A stretch of DNA of 64,000 nucleotides from an uncultured bacterium (GTDB lineage: Bacteria; Babelota; Babeliae; Babelales; CAIQNR01). The stretch lies in contig CAIQNR010000040.1 in assembly GCA_903873255.1 (NCBI GenBank), positions 4,492 to 68,491 on the forward strand, given 5' to 3'. The notes beneath the pieces are model-generated. The model made no database searches and had not been told where the DNA came from. It saw only the letters and a list, made by a program, of their open reading frames with translations. Both the position numbers and the translations under genes were made by a program. Shown here in pieces: positions 19,115 to 26,555 of this stretch. The first letter of the stretch is position 1; the number at the start of each line of letters is the position of its first letter.

Positions 19115-20743
19115 ATGACTCATGCTTTAAAATTACTATTTTTGTGCTTATTGAGCACAGCCAATATGTTTGGGGGCGTATCTTTAGCTCCAGCGATTAT
19201 AGATACAGCAACTCAATATGATTTAGATTTATCTCGTCCTGGGAAAGAATCATTGGGTTCTGTTATAAATAAAGCACATACTTTTTATGGTAAAAAAGCT
19301 TTTGATACAATGCTTTGCAGTCCTCTAGATGAGATAGAAATACTTAAAAATAGACAAAAGCACACTCGTTTTTTGTTAGAAAATGAATCTCTTTCTTGTA
19401 ATCTTGCGTCGCAGATGTCTGTTGTTGCAGTACATGAGCCAGCACTGATTCAGCATCATAGTGATCCTCTTGCACAAAAAGCTTTAGAATCTGTCTATTT
19501 TTCATTTCCAAAACTTAAAAAATTTAATACCAATCCTTATGCTCTTGATCTTGCTTATTTTTCTCATATAGCAGGTTTGTGCGCTCCGCTGGCTGAGCAT
19601 GTTATTATGCATCTTGGGATTGATTTAGTAGCAAAAGCGGCAGGGAGCAAAGGGCATGGTCATCATGATCATGAGCATCATCACGAACATCATCATGGAT
19701 GTAATCATCATCACCATGATGATTACGATGGAAATAGTATGGCATATTATGGATTGCAGGCTCTTCATTGGGGGCTTCATGTGCCAGGGTTATATGATAT
19801 GGGGCAAGGGATTAAGAATCGTGCACTCATGATACAATATATTCAGTCTCAAACAATTCACATAGCTCAGTATGTACAAGCAGCTGAAGACATGTATGGC
19901 ATGCTTAAACAACATCATGCTGCTACGTATGATTTTGAACCTTTTACAAAATTAGATTATTTTTTTTCAGAAAATCCTCAATGTTCATCTGATTTTAAAC
20001 ATTGTATGTCTTTGCTAAAAAAGCGAACCTTTAAAGGTAAAGCATCTGTGTGGAATCATGTTGGAAATGTTCTTGCTGCATATCGGGCTTATGGTAAAGT
20101 TGAGAACGAATTTGCATTGTTGATTGAAGCTGTGAGTGAGATTGATATCTATCTTACAACTGCTCAGTTGGTAAAAAATCAAACAGCGCAACAGTCATGG
20201 AGTTTTGTTGTTTTTAATGAAAATAAGAATAAACCGATTCTTATTATAGAAAAATTTTCACATCTGTTTGTAGCCCATAGTAAATTGCTTAAATTTTCAT
20301 CAAAAAAATCTTTACATACACTTGTCAAAGGGGATAATGGTTCAGGAAAGTCCACTTACTTGAATGGTATTGGACATGTATTAATCCTAGCTCAAACATT
20401 TGGCATAGTTCCCGCAACGTATTGTGAAATTACGCCATTTTCCCATATTTATACCTTTAGATGTATTCAAGATGATATTGCTGCAGGAACATCGCGTTTT
20501 TATGCTGAATGTGCACGTATTGAAACAATTATTGAGAGTGTTACACAAAGTTCAAAATTTTCATGTGTTCTTCTCGATGAACCGTTTACCTTTACCACGC
20601 ATGAAAAAGGCAGTGCTCATTTAGAAAAAGCGCTTTCAGATATTGGGAGTCTTTCTAGTACAATAAGCCTTGTAGCAACTCATTATAAAAATTTTAGCAC
20701 GGCTTTAGAGTATTCTTGGAGACAAGAAAATTTTAATATTTAA
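19115..20743 (+). CDS. MutS-family paralog (core + ATPase domain only) with N-terminal signal/anchor and poly-His insert
   Basis: MutS core-like TFYGKKAFDTMLCSPL..EIEILKNRQ, Walker A GDNGSGKSTYL, SRFYAECARIETI, Walker B VLLDEP and ATHY. No mismatch-binding domain. His run at 19650..19730. Confidence 0.7.
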   Translation: MTHALKLLFLCLLSTANMFGGVSLAPAIIDTATQYDLDLSRPGKESLGSVINKAHTFYGKKAFDTMLCSPLDEIEILKNRQKHTRFLLENESLSCNLASQMSVVAVHEPALIQHHSDPLAQKALESVYFSFPKLKKFNTNPYALDLAYFSHIAGLCAPLAEHVIMHLGIDLVAKAAGSKGHGHHDHEHHHEHHHGCNHHHHDDYDGNSMAYYGLQALHWGLHVPGLYDMGQGIKNRALMIQYIQSQTIHIAQYVQAAEDMYGMLKQHHAATYDFEPFTKLDYFFSENPQCSSDFKHCMSLLKKRTFKGKASVWNHVGNVLAAYRAYGKVENEFALLIEAVSEIDIYLTTAQLVKNQTAQQSWSFVVFNENKNKPILIIEKFSHLFVAHSKLLKFSSKKSLHTLVKGDNGSGKSTYLNGIGHVLILAQTFGIVPATYCEITPFSHIYTFRCIQDDIAAGTSRFYAECARIETIIESVTQSSKFSCVLLDEPFTFTTHEKGSAHLEKALSDIGSLSSTISLVATHYKNFSTALEYSWRQENFNI

Positions 20744-20895
20744 AGATGTTTGAAAAATTTTTTTATTGATTTTAATTTTTATAATTGAAAGATCTGATTA
20801 AACAATCCAATGCTTAGTATATTTTTTATGGTTTTACTTGGTAGCAGTTGTTAGCATGTAAAAATGTTGAAATTATTTTTTAAGAAAGGATTGTA

Positions 20896-22269
20896 ATGAT
20901 AGAAAAAATTCAAAGACATTGTTTTTTAAGTATCGTGCTTATGTTCCCTTTTTCTTCCTATACAGTAGCTCCTAATATAGTGGTTGCAACGATTACGGCT
21001 GGCGTAAATCCTGCAGGTATTGCAGTTACTCCTGACAATCGCTATGCCTATGTTGCTAATAACAATAATTATTTACTGACTGGTACATCGGTAAGTGTTT
21101 TGGATTTAACTACCAATACACTTTCAAAAAATATCTTAGATGCTTCCTTTGCTCAGCCTTACACTGTCTCCATAAATCCAGCTGGAACAAAAGCATATAT
21201 CACCAATAGTAATGGTTCAACGATCAGCATTATTGATATAGCAAGTAATACTGTTATAGGGACAATAACCGGGTTTGATGGCCCATCAGGCATGGCAATA
21301 ACAGCTGATGGAACAACTGCCTATGTTAATAATTATGGCGGTCCTGGTGGTGCAGGTAGTGGTAATGCAACTACAGTACGTGTTGTTAATTTAAATACAA
21401 ATTTGATTACTGGTTCAGCAATCACGGTCGGTCGAGCACCTGCAGGGCTTGCGCTCACTCCTAATGGCAACTTTTTATATGTAATTAATTATGTTGATGG
21501 CAATGTTGGTACAGGGACTGTCAGTGTAGTACAAACATCTGATAACACGGTAGTTCGCACAATTACAGGTTTTTCTGGGCCATTTGCAATTGCAATAACA
21601 CCTGATGGAACTAGAGCATATGTAACAAATTTCGGAAGTAATAATTTTGATCCACATGGTTCAACAGTGAGTGTTATTGATTTACTTAGTAACACGATTA
21701 TTGCAACTATTAATGTTGGGATACAACCTGCTGGTATAGCAATTACACCAGATGGTAAATACGCTTATGTCACAAATTATAATACGCTCTATGCAAATCC
21801 AGGGTTTAATAATTTAACAGCTGGTGAAGGTACTGTAAATATCATTGATATTGCTACCAATACAGTAATTGCGCCTATAATAGTAGTGGGTGAGTCTCCT
21901 GCAAATCTTGTAGTAGCGCCAAATGGTCAGCATGCATATGTGACAAATTATGCTTCTAATACTGTTAATGTTATTGCACTCCAATCATTTACACTTGCTG
22001 CTCAAGGGCGAAAAATTCAAAATCGATTCTTGCTTCAGAATGATATTGTTAATCAATTGACCTGGAGTGCAACAGGAACATCTCTGCCAGTCAGTTATTC
22101 TATTTATCGTGATGCAGGGTTGACCGATTTAGTGGCAACAATTTCAGCTTCAGATTCATTACAATTTTTTGATCACAATAGAATCGCAAATGCAACGTAT
22201 ACTTATTATTTGGTCGGAACCAATTCATCAGGAACTACTTCAACACCACTTGTCATAGTTGTTTCATAA
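20896..22269 (+). CDS. secreted YVTN-type beta-propeller repeat protein with C-terminal Ig/Fn3-like domain
   Basis: Signal peptide, then about 8 repeats of P.G(I/L)A(I/V)TPDG..AYVTN(Y/S) spaced at about 40 aa. AAAGGA RBS. Confidence 0.75.
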   Translation: MIEKIQRHCFLSIVLMFPFSSYTVAPNIVVATITAGVNPAGIAVTPDNRYAYVANNNNYLLTGTSVSVLDLTTNTLSKNILDASFAQPYTVSINPAGTKAYITNSNGSTISIIDIASNTVIGTITGFDGPSGMAITADGTTAYVNNYGGPGGAGSGNATTVRVVNLNTNLITGSAITVGRAPAGLALTPNGNFLYVINYVDGNVGTGTVSVVQTSDNTVVRTITGFSGPFAIAITPDGTRAYVTNFGSNNFDPHGSTVSVIDLLSNTIIATINVGIQPAGIAITPDGKYAYVTNYNTLYANPGFNNLTAGEGTVNIIDIATNTVIAPIIVVGESPANLVVAPNGQHAYVTNYASNTVNVIALQSFTLAAQGRKIQNRFLLQNDIVNQLTWSATGTSLPVSYSIYRDAGLTDLVATISASDSLQFFDHNRIANATYTYYLVGTNSSGTTSTPLVIVVS

Positions 22270-22294
22270 TAGTTAAAAAAATAGGAAGTAGATC

Positions 22295-22909
22295 ATGATG
22301 TTATCTAAAATAATTCGTTCTGTGTTGCTCTTGTCATTATGCGTTTTCCCTCTTGTAGGGAGAAACATAATTTTAGAATTTAAGGGAGCGTATCTTTTAC
22401 CAACCAGCTCTGCATTTAAAGAGATTTATGAAAGCGGTAGTGGCTTATTTGGTCCTGAAGTGACGGTTCAGTTGCTTGATGATAATCAACATTGGTATGG
22501 TTTTGCGAGTTTTGATTATTTTCATAAAAAAGGTTATTCAACAGGACTTTCTGAGGTTACAAAAGTTTCTTTAATTCCTCTCGCATTAGGTGTTAAATAT
22601 TTAAAGCCAATACGTAACGATAAGATTGATCTTTATGGTGGATTTGGTTTTCAGGCAGTGGATGTTCGCACTAAAAACTACTCTCAGTTTGTTACTTCAA
22701 AATTGTCACAATGGGGCTTTGGTGTGATAACTAAAGTTGGGGCATTCTATCATTTACCCCATAATTTTTTGCTCGATCTTTTCTTCGATTATAGTTTTGC
22801 AAAAGCAGGCAATAATGGCTACGGATGCGAAAATATCAATGATATTGCATCGGTAAAAGCTAATGTCAGCGGGGCAATTTTTGGTATTGGCTTGGGGTAT
22901 AATTTTTAA
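22295..22909 (+). CDS. small outer-membrane beta-barrel protein (OmpA-like 8-strand / opacity-type)
   Basis: 204 aa with a signal peptide and alternating aromatic/hydrophobic strands. C-terminus IFGIGLGYNF has an aromatic terminal residue. Confidence 0.6.
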   Translation: MMLSKIIRSVLLLSLCVFPLVGRNIILEFKGAYLLPTSSAFKEIYESGSGLFGPEVTVQLLDDNQHWYGFASFDYFHKKGYSTGLSEVTKVSLIPLALGVKYLKPIRNDKIDLYGGFGFQAVDVRTKNYSQFVTSKLSQWGFGVITKVGAFYHLPHNFLLDLFFDYSFAKAGNNGYGCENINDIASVKANVSGAIFGIGLGYNF

Positions 22910-22945
22910 TGATTGAGCTTTGAATTCAATTGCATAATGATATAC

Positions 22946-22975
22946 AAAAAGGGGCCGTAATTGGCCCCTTAATAT
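22946..22975 (+). terminator. rho-independent terminator (GGGGCC hairpin family)
   Basis: AAAAA-GGGGCC(22951-56)-gtaatt-GGCCCC(22963-68)-TTAATATTT. Confidence 0.65.
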
Positions 22976-23067
22976 TTATTGGACTATGAGTTTATTTTTA
23001 TAAAAGATAATTATATGAATTATAAAAAAATTTTGTACGAAGCTCGTTATATTTGTGAGTATAAAAA

Positions 23068-23580
23068 ATGACAATTAAAATAATACCATCGGATCTTTTG
23101 CAAGCGCAAAAGTTGGTATATATACCTCATGGCTTTGTATGCACTGACGTAGTGCAAGAGGCAGAAAGTCAAGAGTATGAAGCCTGTGCTTTTCACATTA
23201 ATAGTAGAATTATACAATTTCATGTAGCAAAAATTACACCAACAAAAAATGGGCAATTTGTGACGGTGTGGAAGCGCATTGGATCTAGTCCTATTATGCC
23301 CTATGACATAACAGATCAAGTAGATTTATTTGTAATAAGTGTGCGCAAAGGTGAATTTTTGGGGCAATTTGTGTTTCCTAAAGAAGTGTTGCTTCAAAAA
23401 GGGTATGTATCAAAGAATGGCAAGGGTGGAAAACGCGCTATGCGTGTGTATCCTCCTTGGGATGTAATTGAAAGTATGCAGGCTCAAAAAACTCAAGCAT
23501 GGCAAATTCTGTATTTTTTATCTTTAGAGCCAGCGGTAGATGTGGATGCTATTACTCGCCTGTATAACTTGAGCTTGTAG
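23068..23580 (+). CDS. MepB-like family protein (putative)
   Basis: 170 aa. ESQEYEAC.F.IN.R.I....AK.TP.K.GQFV..WKR...DLFVISV....GQFVFPK..L..KG....GKRAMRVYPPWD resembles the MepB (PF08877-type) pattern as I recall it. Unverified. Confidence 0.45.
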   Translation: MTIKIIPSDLLQAQKLVYIPHGFVCTDVVQEAESQEYEACAFHINSRIIQFHVAKITPTKNGQFVTVWKRIGSSPIMPYDITDQVDLFVISVRKGEFLGQFVFPKEVLLQKGYVSKNGKGGKRAMRVYPPWDVIESMQAQKTQAWQILYFLSLEPAVDVDAITRLYNLSL

Positions 23581-24628
23581 CACTTTTGCCAAAGATAACG
23601 GGTTGATTATGTAGTCCATATGCTTCAGACATAATGGGGCTGTCGGCAACAACCAAAATCTCATCTGAATTTTGTGTAAAAACGTCTCCATCCGTGCAAT
23701 ATTCTGCTATTTGTCTATCCAATGTTTTTTGTAAGCGGCCTTCATATTCAGTATCACTTTCAAAAATTTTCTGTGGATAAAGAGCTTGATACATAGGCTT
23801 TCTTACTTTGAAGGTGGATGTTTTAAATGTGCGCCAGTCGGGATGAGTAACTTCATCATGTGTAATTTTTTGAAAATATTCTTCTTTTTTTAGATGAAAA
23901 TCTTCATCGCTCATACGTGTACTGGTTATATGAACCTGTGCATCAGGAATGCTTGAGAGGGTATACATTTTTTTAATGCAATGTGTAGAGAGTTCAAGTT
24001 GTTCTAAACATCGTGCATATGAGAGTTTTTCTTCTGATGAGGTAAAGCCATCCTCATAAAATTCAAATGATGGAAGATAGTGGTTAATTTGCACATGGGG
24101 AATATATTTTTTAGCTGTTTTATAAAGATTGACCACATAGTTATGGGAGCGCTGAGCTATAAACCCTTCAGTATTTCCTAATGATTTAAAATCAAAAGTC
24201 CATACTTCTTGTTTTCCTTCTTGCTTTGCAGTTCCACTGTAATCTGGACATGTAAGAACGTTAATGGTCATTGTTTGAGTATCAATGCAGTGTTGAAGGC
24301 GCTTAAGTACTGCTGCATCATTGTCAATTGTAGGAAAATAGGTTCGTAGTGTTTTGTCTTTGGTTAGATCGGTTACAAGGTCAACAAGTTTATGTGTATG
24401 AGTATCTGTTGAAGAACTTTCTGAAATGACAGCTTTTAAGTTACTTTGGAGTCTTTTAGCAAGTTGGCCAGCTTGTTTTTTTTGACTGAAAAAGGGGTGA
24501 TTAATTTTTAAAGCGCCAATTTTTGCCGTAAGTGATACTGATGTATCGATAGCATGTGAGCTTGCTTGAGTATCTGATGAGCTTATATTTTTGATACATA
24601 TCACTAGTAAAAATAAGATTTTTTTCAT
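23552..24628 (-). CDS. hypothetical secreted protein under poly-C promoter
   Basis: The track ORF runs to 24694 through the C-tract (PPP). The ATG at 24628 follows a GGGGG SD and gives signal peptide MKKILFLLVICIKNISS. No recognisable domain. Its 3' end overlaps the convergent 23068 gene by 29 nt. Confidence 0.6.
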   Translation of the reverse strand: MKKILFLLVICIKNISSSDTQASSHAIDTSVSLTAKIGALKINHPFFSQKKQAGQLAKRLQSNLKAVISESSSTDTHTHKLVDLVTDLTKDKTLRTYFPTIDNDAAVLKRLQHCIDTQTMTINVLTCPDYSGTAKQEGKQEVWTFDFKSLGNTEGFIAQRSHNYVVNLYKTAKKYIPHVQINHYLPSFEFYEDGFTSSEEKLSYARCLEQLELSTHCIKKMYTLSSIPDAQVHITSTRMSDEDFHLKKEEYFQKITHDEVTHPDWRTFKTSTFKVRKPMYQALYPQKIFESDTEYEGRLQKTLDRQIAEYCTDGDVFTQNSDEILVVADSPIMSEAYGLHNQPVIFGKSATSSSYTGE

Positions 24629-24665
24629 ATAGCCCCCGTTAGTATTAAAAATAGTTACAAATAGA

Positions 24666-24694
24666 AGTTTAATGGGGGGGGGGTAGAAAGTCAA
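24666..24694 (-). promoter_or_regulatory. sigma70-like promoter with C10 tract in the spacer (P1)
   Basis: Minus strand reads TTGACT (24694-24689), then 17 nt (ttcta-C10-at), then TAAACT (24671-24666). The C/G run is 24674-24683. The ATG lies 38 nt downstream. Confidence 0.55.
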
Positions 24695-24732
24695 ATTTTA
24701 TCGACAGTAAATATTTTTAAGTGTTATTTTAT

Positions 24733-24812
24733 AAGCATGGCAACTTTTGTATTTTGTATCTTTAGAACCAACCATTATTGATGAAGATGCTCTTACTCGT
24801 CTCTATAACTTT
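24733..24812 (+). pseudogene. 3'-terminal relic of a second MepB-like gene
   Basis: Translates AWQLLYFVSLEPTIIDEDALTRLYN. The intact gene's C-terminus (23497-23580) reads AWQILYFLSLEPAVDVDAITRLYN. There is no upstream ORF. Confidence 0.6.
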
Positions 24813-24978
24813 ATTGTGTGTAATTTATTGATACAAATTGTATTTTGTAGAGTTTCTTTTATACTTAAAAATTATTGAAATATAATTCTTAGGTTCTTTT
24901 ACAAGTAAGATAATGTACATATGTTTAAAAAATATCTAATAGTAAGTCTTTTTTTTTATATCTCTGCCAGCATATAGT

Positions 24979-25659
24979 ATGATGTTGACCTCTTCTGAGG
25001 TTGAGTTGATTAATCAGCAGAGAGAATTTCTGAAAATTAGGAGTCATTTTCAGAAGCTTTCGAATATAGAAAAAATGAGTGAAACAGAGATGGATATGCT
25101 AATTCTTTCAATAGGAAAAGAATTAGCTTTGATTCATCCTTATTTTGTTTCTTCAGGGTTTCAAGGGTTATTATTGTTGATTGATGATGAGCTTGAAAAG
25201 CTTCAGGCAGATATGCAAGAATATGAACGGGTGAAAGATAAAAAATATACGATTCGTGATTTTGCATGGCCCATTATGTGGAGTGCTGCAACTATTCTAT
25301 TGATGCGCACAGCATCTCACTATTCTGCGCATATTAAAAATACAAACGATGAGCTTTTTCCATATAAAACAGAGTATAGGCTTCTATATGAACCTCTTTA
25401 CAGGTTTTATGTTCAACGTAAAGATATAACACTTTTATATGATTATCCGTTGGATAGAAATATTGTAAATAAGATAAGTGATTTATTTGCATCGCAAAGA
25501 TCTGCTATGGAAAATAGAAATGCTTGTTATATTCTTTCTATACTTACAGCAACTGGAGCGGTTATTTCTTATTTTAGTGCGCTTAAGCCAACTCCACGGC
25601 CACAAAGAATTAAAAATTTACAATGCTTTTATAACAAATTACAAGCATATTTGGAATAG
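24979..25659 (+). CDS. hypothetical membrane protein
   Basis: 226-aa ORF with two hydrophobic segments (FAWPIMWSAATILLM, ACYILSILTATGAVISYF), followed by a hairpin terminator. No recognisable domain and a weak RBS. Confidence 0.5.
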   Translation: MMLTSSEVELINQQREFLKIRSHFQKLSNIEKMSETEMDMLILSIGKELALIHPYFVSSGFQGLLLLIDDELEKLQADMQEYERVKDKKYTIRDFAWPIMWSAATILLMRTASHYSAHIKNTNDELFPYKTEYRLLYEPLYRFYVQRKDITLLYDYPLDRNIVNKISDLFASQRSAMENRNACYILSILTATGAVISYFSALKPTPRPQRIKNLQCFYNKLQAYLE

Positions 25660-25680
25660 AAAAAATATTAAAAAATAGTA

Positions 25681-25709
25681 AAAAAGGGGCCAATTGCGGC
25701 CCCTTTTTT
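25681..25709. terminator. bidirectional rho-independent terminator (GGGGCC hairpin family, inverted copy of 22946..22975)
   Basis: AAAAA-GGGGCC(25686-91)-aattgc-GGCCCC(25698-703)-TTTTTT. Confidence 0.7.
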
Positions 25710-25710
25710 A

Positions 25711-25848
25711 CTATTTAGATGACACTTTTTGAATATGCGTATAATAAAAACTTGCTGCGCTTGCTATAGTTGCGATTACCACAGTTGTTAAAGGGTAAGT
25801 AAAAGGAAGCCCAGCTATTTTTGTAGTGAAAGGAAGTTTTTATTCCAT
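25711..25848 (-). pseudogene. decayed 5' copy of the 23552..24628 gene / interrupted 46-codon ORF
   Basis: The promoter, 5'UTR and first ~25 nt are homologous to the P1 gene. Reads ATG GAA TAA, then an open frame KLPFTTKIAGLPFTYPLTTVVIATIASAASFYYTHIQKVSSK*. The SD is lost. Confidence 0.4.
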
Positions 25849-25878
25849 ATTGTATAGTAAAATATAGTTACAGATAAA

Positions 25879-25905
25879 ATTATAAAAAGTGGGGGGGGAA
25901 GTCAA
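25879..25905 (-). promoter_or_regulatory. sigma70-like promoter with C8 tract in the spacer (P2, paralog of P1)
   Basis: Minus strand reads TTGACT (25905-25900), then 15 nt (t-C8-actttt), then TATAAT (25884-25879). The C/G run is 25891-25898. Confidence 0.5.
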
Positions 25906-26027
25906 ATGGAAGTTTTTTATAGCGTAAAAAAGTCCAATATCATTTTTTTGCTTAAAATAAATAAAAAAATAATTTTTTATATGTATAAATATGAATTTTC
26001 TTGAAAAATATTATTAAGCTTAAATTT

Positions 26028-26555
26028 TTACTCCAAAAAACCTTCAATAGGCCACGCATGGGAAAAATCAAGTTCATAGTCTGTGAGTGTTTTTTGTTGT
26101 GCTAAAAAGTACACATGTTCAATAGAGGCATTATATTCTTTAATTGTTTTAAATAGCCCTTGTATCCAGCTGAGTTTGGCATATATGGATGCTTGTCGGT
26201 TGAAAGGGTAGCTAGAAAAATTAATAAAAAGATCTTTTTCATCAAAAGAAAGAGCGGCATTTTTAAGTGTGGTTACTGGAATGGTTTGATATTCCTGTGC
26301 AAGGAGCCATTTTTTAACAATCTGCTCAATGTTTTTTCTTTTTGTATTCGTAAACATAAGGGAGATGGTTTCTTTGCTGTACGTGCCATTCTGATTCCAT
26401 GTGTATAAAGATATGTTGGATGGTTTTGATTGTGAAGATGTACTCTCTAAAGAGTATGTTTCTGGAAATAGAATAATAATATGCTCGTTGTGAATTAGAT
26501 ATCCCAGTGCGCCTGCGCTTAGCAAAAGTGTCCATACTAGTAATTTATTTTTCAT
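26028..26555 (-). CDS. secreted GerMN-like domain protein (putative)
   Basis: Signal peptide. The pattern ISLYTW...IEQIVKKWLL...LFINFS...SWIQGLFKTIKEY..IEHVYFL resembles GerMN domains often found next to amidases. Overlaps the upstream gene by 4 nt. Confidence 0.4.
   Translation of the reverse strand: MKNKLLVWTLLLSAGALGYLIHNEHIIILFPETYSLESTSSQSKPSNISLYTWNQNGTYSKETISLMFTNTKRKNIEQIVKKWLLAQEYQTIPVTTLKNAALSFDEKDLFINFSSYPFNRQASIYAKLSWIQGLFKTIKEYNASIEHVYFLAQQKTLTDYELDFSHAWPIEGFLE

Noticed and set aside
24813-25848. The distance from the MepB-relic end to the relic ATG (~1.03 kb) nearly equals the length of the intact poly-C-promoter gene (~1.05 kb). This would suggest that 24979..25659 (+) is antisense to an eroded paralog.
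   Set aside because: I see no residual protein or DNA similarity on the minus strand in between. The plus-strand 226-aa ORF is intact and has its own terminator. The equal spacing may be coincidence.
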